Of a stretch of DNA of 30,476 nucleotides, positions 13,650 to 23,498 are shown piece after piece; the first letter of the stretch is position 1; each line of letters starts with the position of its first letter. Source of the DNA: a virus (taxonomy: Duplodnaviria > Caudoviricetes). The DNA lies in the IMG/VR virus record IMGVR_UViG_3300032083_000722, positions 1 through 30,476 of that record; one strand, 5' to 3'. A program made the translations under genes and the position numbers. The notes under the pieces are model-generated. The model did not search any database. It was not told the DNA's origin and saw only the letters and a list, made by a program, of their open reading frames with translations.

Positions 13650-14885
13650 ATGAAAATTAAACTAACTAAGCCACAATACGAAGTTAGTTCGTGTAAGAAA
13701 AGATTTAGAGTTTTAATATCAGGTAGAAGATTTGGTAAAACATATCTTTGCATAACGGAGATGATGAAATACGCATCTAAGCCAAATCAAAAAATATGGT
13801 ATGTAGCACCAACATTTAAGATGGCTAAAGAGATAGCTTGGTCGAATCTTAAAGAAATGCTTAATCAATTTAATTGGATTGAGGATATTAACGAAACAAC
13901 AATGTCTATTAGGATAAGAAAAACTAATAGTGTTATCTCATTAAAGGGTGCTGATAATTATGATGCACTTAGAGGTACAGGATTAAACTTTTTAATATTA
14001 GATGAGTTTGCAGACATAGATAAAAGAACTTGGTTTGAAGTATTAAGAGCATCTGTATCTGATACACTTGGAGATGTTTTAATGTGTGGAACACCTAAAG
14101 GTTATGGTAATTGGAGTTATGAGATGTATCTTAAAGGTAAGCAAGACGATCATTGGGGAAGCTATCAATATACTACTGTTCAAGGTGGTATGGTTTCTAA
14201 AGAAGAAATAGAACAAGCTAAACAAGACATAGATATTAGAACATTTAGACAAGAGTTTGAGGGTACATTTGAAAATTATGCTGGTAGTGTTTATTATAAC
14301 TTTCACCCTGTTGAGTCTGTTATAGAACGTAAAATAGATTGGGAAAAACCTTTACATATAGGAATGGACTTTAACGTTGACCCAATGTCAGCTTGTGTAA
14401 CGCAAATAGAAAAAGATAAGATATATGCAGTAGATGAAATCATTATTTATTCAAGTAATACTGATGAAATGTGCCAAGAGATAAGAGATAGGTATGGTTC
14501 TAAAGCACAAATATTTATATATCCTGACCCAGCTTCAAGACAAAGAAAAACATCTGCCGGTGGAAGAACTGATTTATCTATATTACAAAATGCTGGTTTT
14601 AAAGTTAAAGTAAAACATAAACACCCATCAATAAGAGATAGAGTGAACGCAGTTAATAGTAAGTTAAAAGATTCCAAAGGCACAAGACATATTTTTGTTT
14701 CAAAATCTTGCAAAACAATGATAAAAGGATTACAAAGACAGATATACAAGGAAAACACAAATATTCCTGATAAGGAACAAGGTTTTGACCATATGAACGA
14801 TGCACTAGGTTATTTAATAGATTATATAAAACCCCTTACAAGTAATATTCAATTTTCAAAACCTACAAGATGGGCAATTAAATAA
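13650..14885 (+). CDS. terL: Terminase large subunit
   Basis: Q motif (LTKPQ), Walker A GRRFGKT, Walker B LILDE, GTP coupling motif, nuclease GMDFN and DHMNDA. Start set at ATG 13650. Confidence 0.96.
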   Translation: MKIKLTKPQYEVSSCKKRFRVLISGRRFGKTYLCITEMMKYASKPNQKIWYVAPTFKMAKEIAWSNLKEMLNQFNWIEDINETTMSIRIRKTNSVISLKGADNYDALRGTGLNFLILDEFADIDKRTWFEVLRASVSDTLGDVLMCGTPKGYGNWSYEMYLKGKQDDHWGSYQYTTVQGGMVSKEEIEQAKQDIDIRTFRQEFEGTFENYAGSVYYNFHPVESVIERKIDWEKPLHIGMDFNVDPMSACVTQIEKDKIYAVDEIIIYSSNTDEMCQEIRDRYGSKAQIFIYPDPASRQRKTSAGGRTDLSILQNAGFKVKVKHKHPSIRDRVNAVNSKLKDSKGTRHIFVSKSCKTMIKGLQRQIYKENTNIPDKEQGFDHMNDALGYLIDYIKPLTSNIQFSKPTRWAIK

Positions 14886-16297
14886 TGAGTTACACAAGAG
14901 ATCAAGCAATCGCAGTACACAAAGACTATCAGGAAACAGTAAATAATTGGGAGTATTACATTAGGTCATATAATGGTGGTTACGATTATATGATGGGTCA
15001 ATATCTTAATAGATATAATTTAGAATTAGATAATGAGTTTAACCAAAGAATAGCAAACACACCTTGCGACAATCATTGTAAAAATGTAATTCAAATTTAT
15101 TCATCATTTTTATTTAGAGTAAAACCATCAAGAAATTTTGGTTCTCTAGCAGATGAACAAAGCTTAGAATTTTTCTTAAAAGACGCAGACTTAGAGGGTA
15201 ACAGTTTAAGTAATGTAGTTAAATCAGCACAGAATTATGCGTCAATCTATGGTCATTGTTTTATGATTTTAGATAAACCTAATATTCAAACAAGCACTAG
15301 AGCAGAAGAATTACAACAAGATATAAGACCTTATGTTTCAATCGTAACACCTGAGAATGTTTTAGATTGGAATTTTGAAAGACAACCTAATGGTAAGTAT
15401 GAACTAAACTACTTAAAAATAAGAGAAGAAGTAGATCGTGAAAACGGAACATATATGAGAATTTGGTATCCTGATAGAATTGATACTTTGTATATGCCTG
15501 AAAGAGAAGAACCACGAGTAATAGATACTGTCGATAATCAGATTGGCAAAATACCAGCAGTTATTTTATACAATTCCAAAAGTCACAAAAGAGGAATTGG
15601 TCAATCTGACCTTACAGATATAGCTGACTTACAAAAATCTATTTACAATGAGTATTCAGAAATGGAACAATTAATTAGATTAACAAACCACCCATCATTA
15701 GTTAAGACTCCAAGTGTTAATGCTTCTGCTGGTGCTGGTGCAGTTATAGAAATGCCTGATGAATTAGAACCAAATCTAAAACCTTATTTACTACAACCAT
15801 CAGGGTCTAGCTTAGCTTCAATAATGGACTCAATCGAAAACAAAGTTAGTTCAATAAATAGAATTGCACATATTGGTTCAGTAAGAACTACTAAAACAAA
15901 TATCTCTAGTGGTGTAGCACTACAAACAGAATTTGAATTGTTAAATGCTAGACTATCTGAGAAAGCTGATAATTTAGAAATAGCAGAAGAACAACTATTT
16001 AGATTATATAGTATGTTTCAAGATACACCATTTGACGGAGAGATTAATTACCCTGATTCATTTAACATTAGAGATTACGCAACTGATTTATTATTCTACC
16101 AACAAGCAAAATCAATCAATGTTCAATCTCCAACATTAAACAAAGAGATAGACAAAGAAATAGCTAGAGCAGTAGTTGATGATGATGAGAAGTTAAATAA
16201 TATTTTTGATGAGATAGATGCTAAATCTGAAGTTGGAGAATTTACACAAGATGAACCAGCTCAAGAAGATCAAGAAGTAGAGCAAGAAGAAATTTAG
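14885..16297 (+). CDS. Portal protein
   Basis: 470 aa directly after TerL; SIYGHCF, SGVAL motifs, acidic C-tail (SPP1-like portal style). Confidence 0.88.
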   Translation: MSYTRDQAIAVHKDYQETVNNWEYYIRSYNGGYDYMMGQYLNRYNLELDNEFNQRIANTPCDNHCKNVIQIYSSFLFRVKPSRNFGSLADEQSLEFFLKDADLEGNSLSNVVKSAQNYASIYGHCFMILDKPNIQTSTRAEELQQDIRPYVSIVTPENVLDWNFERQPNGKYELNYLKIREEVDRENGTYMRIWYPDRIDTLYMPEREEPRVIDTVDNQIGKIPAVILYNSKSHKRGIGQSDLTDIADLQKSIYNEYSEMEQLIRLTNHPSLVKTPSVNASAGAGAVIEMPDELEPNLKPYLLQPSGSSLASIMDSIENKVSSINRIAHIGSVRTTKTNISSGVALQTEFELLNARLSEKADNLEIAEEQLFRLYSMFQDTPFDGEINYPDSFNIRDYATDLLFYQQAKSINVQSPTLNKEIDKEIARAVVDDDEKLNNIFDEIDAKSEVGEFTQDEPAQEDQEVEQEEI

Positions 16298-16301
16298 ATG
16301 A

Positions 16302-17297
16302 ATGGCAGATATAGTACAAGAAGCAACAGAGTATCGTATCAAGCAAATAGAACTTGCAGAAGCTAAATATTACAAAGAACTCACAAAAGCATTAGGAAGA
16401 ATAGAAAAAGAAGTTATATCTTTAGCTGGTAAAGATTTACCTACACAAGATGGTAAGTTAATAGAATTACAATCAGCTATTGCAATCAGACCTAAAATAA
16501 AAGCTATTATAGAAAAAGAATATTTACCCTTTGCAGATAGAGTTGTTAGAGAGGGTTTTAATAAACAAGCTAAAAGAATAGAGAAAGCTTTTAAGAGAAT
16601 AGGCAATATACCTGTTGAGTTTCAGGAACTTACAAAAGGTGATTTAGCTTTAGTACAGAATCTTAAACAACAATACTTTTCACAGTTTAAAGATGTATCA
16701 AATACATTTACAAGAAGATTATCAGAAAAAGTTTATCAGAATACTTTAGTTGGTTCAGACTTTGCAGATTTAGATAAAGAATTAAGACAAACTATAAATG
16801 GAATCTATGCTAGTTCAGATGATTTAGAAGCTAATAAACTAGTAGAGTTTATAGACGATAATAAGTTTAAAAAGTCTATGCAATCGAGAGTTGATAAGGC
16901 AGTTCAAACATTACAGACTAAATTTGCAAGAGATCGTGCTGGTGAGAATATGAAAAGATATGCTGGTCAGATATTAAACGACTCATTAAGAGATTTTGAT
17001 GCAACATTAAACTTCAATAAGTCAAATGATGCTGGTTTAACTTTTGTTAAATACTATGGTGATGTGATACCCACAACACGAGAGATTTGCAGAAATCTTG
17101 TAAATGGTGTAATAAAATCTAAGAGATCAGATGGTCTTTTTACGATTGATGAAGTTAGATCATTATGGGCTTCAAGAAGTTGGTCAGGCAAAAAAGCTGG
17201 AAACCCTTTAGTAGTTCGTGGTGGTTATAATTGCAGACATCAATGGAGTTACGTCAACCCTGATTGGTATGATAGTAGCGGTGAACTAATAATATAG
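16302..17297 (+). CDS. Minor head / head morphogenesis protein
   Basis: Follows portal; TTREIC...GGYNCRH metal-binding C-terminus. Confidence 0.8.
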   Translation: MADIVQEATEYRIKQIELAEAKYYKELTKALGRIEKEVISLAGKDLPTQDGKLIELQSAIAIRPKIKAIIEKEYLPFADRVVREGFNKQAKRIEKAFKRIGNIPVEFQELTKGDLALVQNLKQQYFSQFKDVSNTFTRRLSEKVYQNTLVGSDFADLDKELRQTINGIYASSDDLEANKLVEFIDDNKFKKSMQSRVDKAVQTLQTKFARDRAGENMKRYAGQILNDSLRDFDATLNFNKSNDAGLTFVKYYGDVIPTTREICRNLVNGVIKSKRSDGLFTIDEVRSLWASRSWSGKKAGNPLVVRGGYNCRHQWSYVNPDWYDSSGELII

Positions 17298-17305
17298 GAG
17301 TAAAT

Positions 17306-18004
17306 ATGTCAGAAGATAAAACACAAGAAACTTCAGCACCTGTTGAAGCTAAAGAAGAAGTACAACAAGAAACAAAACAAGAAACTAAATCTTTCTCACA
17401 AGAACAATTAGATAACATTGTTCAAGCTAGATTAATGGCAGAACGAAGAAAATACGAGAAAAAGATAGAAGAAGAAAACAAACAGAAAGCTGATTTAATT
17501 AAACAAAGAGAATTAGAAGAAGCTAAAACAAAACAAGACTTGGAAAAGATAATGCAAGACAGAATCCAAGAGAAAGATAAAGAAATTAGTAAGTATAAAC
17601 TTAATCTTAAAAAAGAAAAGATTGATAATTCTATCTTATCTGTTGCATCAAAGAATAGAGCAATCAACCCTCAACAAGTTGTTTCATTATTAGAAAGAGA
17701 AGTTAAATTAAATGATGATGGAAGAATAGAGGTACTTGATAATAATTCTAATGTACGATATAATCCTAAAGGAGAACTTTTAACAATAGAAGATAGAGTT
17801 AATGAGTTTTTAGATACGAACCCACACTTCCGTTTAAGTACAAATCAAGGTTCAGGAAGTAAAGCAAGTATCGGTGGTAATACTGTAAAACCCTTTAAAA
17901 TTCAGGACTTAGATATGAGTAAGGCAGAAGATCGTAAGCGATATGCAGAATATCGTAAAGAACGAGATTCTAACCCTGTTCAAATTAACTTAAACAATAA
18001 ATAA
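17306..18004 (+). CDS. Capsid scaffolding protein
   Basis: Acidic N-terminus, FSQEQLDNIV..RL, charged coiled coil; precedes the capsid gene; AGGAG RBS. Confidence 0.8.
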   Translation: MSEDKTQETSAPVEAKEEVQQETKQETKSFSQEQLDNIVQARLMAERRKYEKKIEEENKQKADLIKQRELEEAKTKQDLEKIMQDRIQEKDKEISKYKLNLKKEKIDNSILSVASKNRAINPQQVVSLLEREVKLNDDGRIEVLDNNSNVRYNPKGELLTIEDRVNEFLDTNPHFRLSTNQGSGSKASIGGNTVKPFKIQDLDMSKAEDRKRYAEYRKERDSNPVQINLNNK

Positions 18005-18019
18005 TAAAGGAAACAAAAA

Positions 18020-18883
18020 ATGTCAGCAGAAACAACAAGTTCTACACTATCGGAACTATACACAGAGATAGTAGCAGAAGCATTATTTGTAGCAAGTGAG
18101 AGATCAATTATGAGACCGCTTGTGAAGAATTATGCTATAACAGGTGGCGGAAAGTCAGTTGAAGTTCCAGTTTACGCAACAGTAAGTGCGGCGGCAGTAT
18201 CGGAAGCTTCTGATTTATCTAACACAGCAATCAATCCTAGTTCAGTTACTATAACAGCATCTGAAAATGGGATTATGACTACACTTACAGATTTAGCAAG
18301 AAACTCAGCACCAAGAAATGTTGCTGGAGATATTGGTAAATTGTTTGGTGAAGCGATTGCAAAAAAAATAGACACAGACTTAACTGCATTATTTGGAGGT
18401 TTTTCAAATACTGTTGGTGGAAACACAACTGTTATGTCAGCGGCATTGATCTTCAATGCAGTAGCAAAATTAAGAGCAACAGGTGTACCAAGTGATAATC
18501 TTGCTTGTATATTACACCCAAACGTAGCTTTTGATTTAAAATCAGGTTTGTCAAACACATTCGCTAACCCTAATCCAGGGGCTGGTAATGAAGCTTTGAG
18601 AACAGGTTTTGCTGGTCAAATAGCTGGTGTAAGTGTGTACGAAACGTCAAACATGGCAGATTCATCAGGTAATAATCCAGGAACAACTGGTGATTACAAA
18701 GGTGCAACTTTTCATTCTGACGCATTAGGTTTAGCAATGATGCAAGACCTAAAAATCGAAACTCAAAGAGATGCCTCTCTTAGAGCAGACGAAATCGTAG
18801 CAACAGCAGTTTATGGTGTTGGTGAACTACAAGACTCATATGGTTGTGAGATCGAAGCAGACTCATCTATACAAGACGCATAG
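18020..18883 (+). CDS. Major capsid protein
   Basis: 287 aa after scaffold; A...D..L, LHP, GQIAGVSV.ETS, YG motifs of HK97-fold capsids. Confidence 0.9.
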   Translation: MSAETTSSTLSELYTEIVAEALFVASERSIMRPLVKNYAITGGGKSVEVPVYATVSAAAVSEASDLSNTAINPSSVTITASENGIMTTLTDLARNSAPRNVAGDIGKLFGEAIAKKIDTDLTALFGGFSNTVGGNTTVMSAALIFNAVAKLRATGVPSDNLACILHPNVAFDLKSGLSNTFANPNPGAGNEALRTGFAGQIAGVSVYETSNMADSSGNNPGTTGDYKGATFHSDALGLAMMQDLKIETQRDASLRADEIVATAVYGVGELQDSYGCEIEADSSIQDA

Positions 18884-18891
18884 TTATAATT

Positions 18892-18919
18892 TTATCAGGG
18901 CAAGAAATTGCCCTGATAA
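18892..18919 (+). terminator. Hairpin after the capsid gene (terminator or mRNA stabiliser)
   Basis: Perfect 12-bp stem TTATCAGGGCAA-GAAA-TTGCCCTGATAA with GNRA loop; weak U-tract, so probably leaky. Confidence 0.75.
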
Positions 18920-18934
18920 TTAACAGGAGAATTT

Positions 18935-19141
18935 ATGGAAGAAACAATAAAATTAACAAATGGAAAAAAAACAATAATAAGAACATTAGCTACATACGAA
19001 GCTAATATAAATCATTTTAAAATAAGAGGATTTACACCTCTTAAAGAAGAAAAAAAACCAATTAAAAAAGCGACTACAAAAGATATTTCTGATAAAGTAG
19101 TACAATTAAAACCTAAAAGAAAGACAAGGAAGAAAACATGA
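18935..19141 (+). CDS. Small head-region protein with Lys-rich tail
   Basis: AGGAG RBS; immediately after the capsid hairpin. Confidence 0.75.
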   Translation: MEETIKLTNGKKTIIRTLATYEANINHFKIRGFTPLKEEKKPIKKATTKDISDKVVQLKPKRKTRKKT

Positions 19142-19236
19142 AACATTTAGATAAATACATAACATTAGCAAAACAACACCCAAGAATAGCTTGTGGTATA
19201 GCTTTAGCAATAGTTATATTAATTTGGATTATTTAA
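19138..19236 (+). CDS. 32-aa single-TM peptide (not in ORF track)
   Basis: MKHLDKYITLAKQHPRIACGIALAIVILIWII*; ATGA overlap, ends just before the next ATG. Confidence 0.62.
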   Translation: MKHLDKYITLAKQHPRIACGIALAIVILIWII

Positions 19237-19237
19237 C

Positions 19238-19723
19238 ATGGCAAATTACACAGGTGCTAATGTAGTTACAACATCAGATATTCAAAAGTATCAACCTGAT
19301 GCTTTTGATTTTGGTATATCTACAACTGCTACTGAAACAACTAATTTTCTAGCACAAACTACTAATGATATTTTAAGAGCATTAAGAGTAGAATGGTGGC
19401 CTGTATATAAAACAAATATTTTTACAGATATAACAGTTCTTAACACAGCAGAATTGGTCAATACAAAAGTTAATTTAGATCAGTTTGAACGTGCCGGTGT
19501 TTATCTATTTCTTGGAAGATTCTATTTACCAGCATTAACTAAATTTAGACCTGAAACAGAAAAAGATAGATTTGAAAGAATGCAAGAATATTACATGAGT
19601 CAATATAATATCGAATGGAGAATGATATTAGAAGATGGTGTAGAGTATGATGAAACAGCAGATGGCACTATTAAACCAAATGAGAGAGAACCTTTACATG
19701 GATTTAGAAGATTAGTTAGATAA
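19238..19723 (+). CDS. Head-tail adaptor/connector
   Basis: Position and size; helical body with C-terminal DYD-like/RLVR strand. Confidence 0.6.
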   Translation: MANYTGANVVTTSDIQKYQPDAFDFGISTTATETTNFLAQTTNDILRALRVEWWPVYKTNIFTDITVLNTAELVNTKVNLDQFERAGVYLFLGRFYLPALTKFRPETEKDRFERMQEYYMSQYNIEWRMILEDGVEYDETADGTIKPNEREPLHGFRRLVR

Positions 19724-20205
19724 TGGCTGTCGATCTAAAGATAAAATCTAACTCTAAGCAAGTAAGAAACAACTTTAAAAGATTAGGTTCAACATTACCA
19801 AGAATAATTGATAAAGGATTAAAACAAGCTGGTTTTCAATTATTAGATATTGTCAGAACTAAAACACAAAAAGGTCAAGATTTTAGAGATAGAAAATTTG
19901 CACCTTATAGTTCAAGCTATTTAAAACAATTAAATCGAGAGGGTAAAAAGACAGCAGTTGATTTATTTTATACTGGAAGAATGTTAGGTGCTTTAACACC
20001 AAGTGATAAAACAGTTAAAAAGACAAGAAAACATAAAATTACATTAGGTTTTTCTAATGCACAAATGCGTCAAAGAGCATTATTCAACCAAGTATTAAAT
20101 GAACCTAAAAGAGAATTTTTTGGCTTTAATAAACGAACAGAAAATATTATAAGTAAGCAGTTCAACCGATTCGTTTCTAAAGAATTAAGAAAGATGAAAA
20201 TATGA
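19723..20205 (+). CDS. Virion morphogenesis / neck protein
   Basis: FAPYS..Y, L..TGRML, PKREFFG motifs. Confidence 0.75.
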   Translation: MAVDLKIKSNSKQVRNNFKRLGSTLPRIIDKGLKQAGFQLLDIVRTKTQKGQDFRDRKFAPYSSSYLKQLNREGKKTAVDLFYTGRMLGALTPSDKTVKKTRKHKITLGFSNAQMRQRALFNQVLNEPKREFFGFNKRTENIISKQFNRFVSKELRKMKI

Positions 20206-20642
20206 GTGTAAGAGAAGATATAGCATCAAATTTACTAACTGTTATTGGTAACATATCTAGCCCTATAACAATTAAGAAAGCTACAAGAGAGCCTTTTCCA
20301 TTAGACGAATTATCTGAACAACAATATCCAGCAGTTATAGTGCAAACATCAGAAGAAAATAGAGATGATTCTGAGTTAGGAAGTGGTGCTAGAACTAGAC
20401 ATGGAACTATTGATTTTATTATTTCAGGATTTGTTAAAGGTTCAGATTCTAATATAGACACTAAAAGAAACCAATTAATCACAGCAATAGAAACTGCTGT
20501 TGAAACCGATATTACTAGAGATAGTAATGCTTTAGATACACAAGTTATTCAAGTTGAAACTGACGAGGGTTCTTTATTTCCTGTTGGTGGAATAAGAATG
20601 ACTATTAGATGTATGTATGAATATCAATCAGGAACACCATAG
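20202..20642 (+). CDS. Tail terminator / completion protein
   Basis: MS.RE.I start, YPAVIV, IETAVETD.T; precedes the tail tube gene. Confidence 0.72.
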   Translation: MSVREDIASNLLTVIGNISSPITIKKATREPFPLDELSEQQYPAVIVQTSEENRDDSELGSGARTRHGTIDFIISGFVKGSDSNIDTKRNQLITAIETAVETDITRDSNALDTQVIQVETDEGSLFPVGGIRMTIRCMYEYQSGTP

Positions 20643-20651
20643 GAGAGGATA

Positions 20652-20849
20652 ATGGAAAGAATACTAAATAAGATACAAAAGAAAATAGACCAAATAGAAA
20701 AATTACACGATAAAGAGTCTTTATTGTGTGAAGAAGTTAAAGACCTTATTGAAGAAATAAGAGAAGATAATGTAGAAGAATCAATAGAAGCTGATGATCT
20801 TGATGATGAGGAATTTGAAGAAGATATTGACGAGAACGAAGATAAATAG
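20652..20849 (+). CDS. Small highly acidic protein
   Basis: AGGAGAGG RBS; N-terminal coil and D/E-rich C-terminal half. Confidence 0.72.
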   Translation: MERILNKIQKKIDQIEKLHDKESLLCEEVKDLIEEIREDNVEESIEADDLDDEEFEEDIDENEDK

Positions 20850-20855
20850 TAAAAG
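20827..20855 (+). promoter_or_regulatory. Putative promoter, probably leaderless transcript
   Basis: TTGACG-N17-TAAAAG, 5 nt before ATG 20861. Confidence 0.5.
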
Positions 20856-20860
20856 GCATT

Positions 20861-21025
20861 ATGGCAAAAGATATTAAATTATATAAAGATGGGCATGAAG
20901 TTACTATTAACGAAACTCAACTTGATAATTTTTTAGATTTAGGTTGGAAACAAGAAGAAGATAAACAAGTTAAAACAAAAAAGGAAAATAAAAAATGGCA
21001 ACACATTTCGGAAAAGAAGGAGTAG
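20861..21025 (+). CDS. 54-aa hypothetical protein (not in ORF track)
   Basis: MAKDIKLYKDGHEVTINETQLDNFLDLGWKQEE...; loosely resembles 18935..19141 (IKL..G....F...G[FW]). Confidence 0.65.
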   Translation: MAKDIKLYKDGHEVTINETQLDNFLDLGWKQEEDKQVKTKKENKKWQHISEKKE

Positions 21026-21381
21026 TAACTGCTGGTGGAACTGGTATCGGTGAACTAACAGGTTACACACTTGAAACTACATCAGATGTTGTAGAAGATA
21101 CTCAGCTATCAGATTCAACAAAATCGTTTGTATCTGGCAGAACTTCATTCTCAGGAACTCTTGAAATGAGTTATGATGAAACTGATTCTCCACAACAAAC
21201 ATTAACTGCTGGAACTACAATAGCTTTTATATTAGCACCAGAGGGTAATTCTTCAGGAGATGAAACTTTTACAGGTTCAGGAATTGTTACAGGAATGAGT
21301 GTTAATGTTACGTTAGATGGAATAACTACTAGATCAGTTACTTTTCAAGGTACAGGCGCATTAACAAGAGGAACTGTATAA
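20995..21381 (+). CDS. Major tail tube protein
   Basis: S/T/G-rich beta protein, ending SVTFQGTGALT; position before chaperone and tape measure. Confidence 0.85.
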   Translation: MATHFGKEGVVTAGGTGIGELTGYTLETTSDVVEDTQLSDSTKSFVSGRTSFSGTLEMSYDETDSPQQTLTAGTTIAFILAPEGNSSGDETFTGSGIVTGMSVNVTLDGITTRSVTFQGTGALTRGTV

Positions 21382-21390
21382 TCCTAATTT

Positions 21391-21744
21391 ATGTCAGTTA
21401 TTGATAGAGTAAAGACTCATTTTGAAACTCTTAACACAATCACTATTGAAGTTGATGAATGGAAAGATGAACATGGTAATCCGAGTATATTTTATTCTGA
21501 GCCACTTACCCTTGAAGAAAAAAACATAATCTTTAAAAAGTCTAGTAATTTTCAAGATTTAACTGTTCTTGTTGATTTACTTATAATGAAACTCCAAGTC
21601 AAAAACGACAAGGGAGAAATGATTAAAGCTTTTGAACCATTTGATAAACTTGCTTTAAGAAAAAAAGCAGACTCTAATGTTATTGCTAATATTGCTAATA
21701 AAATTCTTTTAGATACCAATTACGAGGAAGCCGAAAAAAAGTAG
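21391..21744 (+). CDS. Tail assembly chaperone (gpG-like)
   Basis: Between tail tube and tape measure; ends in slippery GAA AAA AAG TAG. Confidence 0.85.
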   Translation: MSVIDRVKTHFETLNTITIEVDEWKDEHGNPSIFYSEPLTLEEKNIIFKKSSNFQDLTVLVDLLIMKLQVKNDKGEMIKAFEPFDKLALRKKADSNVIANIANKILLDTNYEEAEKK

Positions 21745-21769
21745 TTAGCGACCCTGAAATTAGGTCGCT
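21735..21769 (+). other. Programmed -1 ribosomal frameshift signal
   Basis: A AAA AAG heptamer (21735-21741) and a 7-bp hairpin AGCGACC/GGTCGCT starting 5 nt downstream. Confidence 0.85.
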
Positions 21770-21911
21770 TTTAGTAGTAGCAGACAGACTCCACATTACA
21801 ATTCAAGAAGTTTTAAATATGCCAGTTAGCCATTATAATTTATGGTTAGCTTACTTGAAAAAAGAGCAAGATGAGTATAAAAGTCAAGAGAGGATAACTA
21901 AACACAGATAA
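21741..21911 (+). CDS. -1 frame extension of the tail chaperone (gpGT-like)
   Basis: VVSDPEIRSLLVVADRLHITIQEVLNMPVSHYNLWLAYLKKEQDE...* typical of gpT segments. Confidence 0.8.
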   Translation, partial: VVSDPEIRSLLVVADRLHITIQEVLNMPVSHYNLWLAYLKKEQDEYKSQERITKHR

Positions 21912-21917
21912 TAAGTT

Positions 21918-23498
21918 ATGGCACAGCAACTTAAAATAGACATTGTAGCAAAAGATAGAACGAAACAAGCACTTGGTAAGTTACAAGGAAGTCTAGGTAG
22001 ATTAAAAAATGCTGTATTTAGTTTAAAAGGTGCTTTTGTAGGTTTAGGTGCTGGACTTGTAGTTAGATCATTTGTTAATACAGGAAGAAGTATAGAAGAT
22101 TTAAATGTTAGATTAAAACAATTATTTGGTAGTACCCAAGAGGGTGCTAAAGCATTTGAAGTAATGTCAAACTTTGCTTCTAAAGTTCCTTTTTCATTAG
22201 AACAGATTCAAGAAGCATCAGGAAATTTAGCTGTAGTTGCTGGAGATTCTGAAAGACTTGCAAAGATATTAGAAATAACTGGTAATGTTGCGGCAGTCAC
22301 AGGAATAGATTTTAGAACTGCTGGAGAACAAATACAAAGATCATTTGCTGGTGGTATAAGTGCGGCAGACATCTTTAGAGAAAAAGGTGTTAGGGATATG
22401 CTTGGATTTAAAGCTGGTGCAACTGTTACAGCAGAAGAAACGGTAAAAGCATTTCAAAAAGTTTTTGGTAAAGGTGGAAAGTTTGGTAATGCAACAGATG
22501 AACTTGCTACAACATTTACTGGAACTTTATCAATGCTTGGAGATAAATTATTTAACTTTAAAAGAGGTGTTGCTGGTGCTGGTTTCTTTGATGAACTTAA
22601 AAAAGAATTTAAAAGTTTAAATCAGTTTATAGAAGAAAATGCAGAAGCATTTGAAACAATAGGTAGAGCAATAAGTAAAGTTTTAGTATTTGCTGTAAAA
22701 GCATTAGCTGGTGCAATAAGAGCAGTTGGTAACGCAACTAATTTTATTAAAAAACAAATAGAAGATATACAAAGATTATTAGGTTTTGATGTTCCTTTTG
22801 TTATTGAAATAGAAAAAGGTAAGAAAGCTATTAAAGAAGTAAATTTTGATTTAGTTAAACAAAAAACATTATTTGAAAAAATTAAAGAAGAACTTAAAAA
22901 CCTAAATGAGGGTTTTAAAATACAAAAAGAAATAGTTGGAATGATAAAGTCTGGTGTGGGTAGTGTTTCAAAATCTATTGCAGAATCAATAGTATTAGGT
23001 AAAGAGTTAAATGAAACATTTAAGAAGTTAGCACAACAAATACTAATCAACATTATATCTAAAACTATTGAAAGACTTGCTTTACTTGGAATAGAAAAAT
23101 TATTATTAGGAGATATTGTAAATAAAGAAGCAGAAAAAGATAATCTAATTAGACGACAAAACACTAATCTAAAAAGGCAAATAGCACTTAATGCCGCTAC
23201 AGGCGGTGGTGGAAGTTTTTTAAGTATGTTTAGTGGTAGAGCATCAGGTGGTTCAGTACAAAAAGGACAACCATATATGGTAGGTGAAAGAGGTGCAGAA
23301 TTATTTGTACCAAATCAATCAGGTCAAATACAACAATCTGCTAGAGGTGGTGGTGGTGGTGGTTCAACTACTGTTAATTTTAATATTAACACAGTAGATG
23401 CTAGAGGTTTTGATGAACTATTAACTCAAAGTAGAGGAACAATAACTCAATTAATTAATAACGCAGTAAATGAGAGAGGTGCGAAAAGTATTATATAA
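21918..23498 (+). CDS. Tape measure protein
   Basis: IDIVAKD.T start, FA.KVPF.L.Q core, C-terminal RASGG..VGERGAELFVP. Confidence 0.92.
   Translation: MAQQLKIDIVAKDRTKQALGKLQGSLGRLKNAVFSLKGAFVGLGAGLVVRSFVNTGRSIEDLNVRLKQLFGSTQEGAKAFEVMSNFASKVPFSLEQIQEASGNLAVVAGDSERLAKILEITGNVAAVTGIDFRTAGEQIQRSFAGGISAADIFREKGVRDMLGFKAGATVTAEETVKAFQKVFGKGGKFGNATDELATTFTGTLSMLGDKLFNFKRGVAGAGFFDELKKEFKSLNQFIEENAEAFETIGRAISKVLVFAVKALAGAIRAVGNATNFIKKQIEDIQRLLGFDVPFVIEIEKGKKAIKEVNFDLVKQKTLFEKIKEELKNLNEGFKIQKEIVGMIKSGVGSVSKSIAESIVLGKELNETFKKLAQQILINIISKTIERLALLGIEKLLLGDIVNKEAEKDNLIRRQNTNLKRQIALNAATGGGGSFLSMFSGRASGGSVQKGQPYMVGERGAELFVPNQSGQIQQSARGGGGGGSTTVNFNINTVDARGFDELLTQSRGTITQLINNAVNERGAKSII

Noticed and set aside
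23345-23363. (GGT)6 microsatellite
   Set aside because: Encodes a poly-Gly linker in the tape measure C-terminus; in frame and ordinary.
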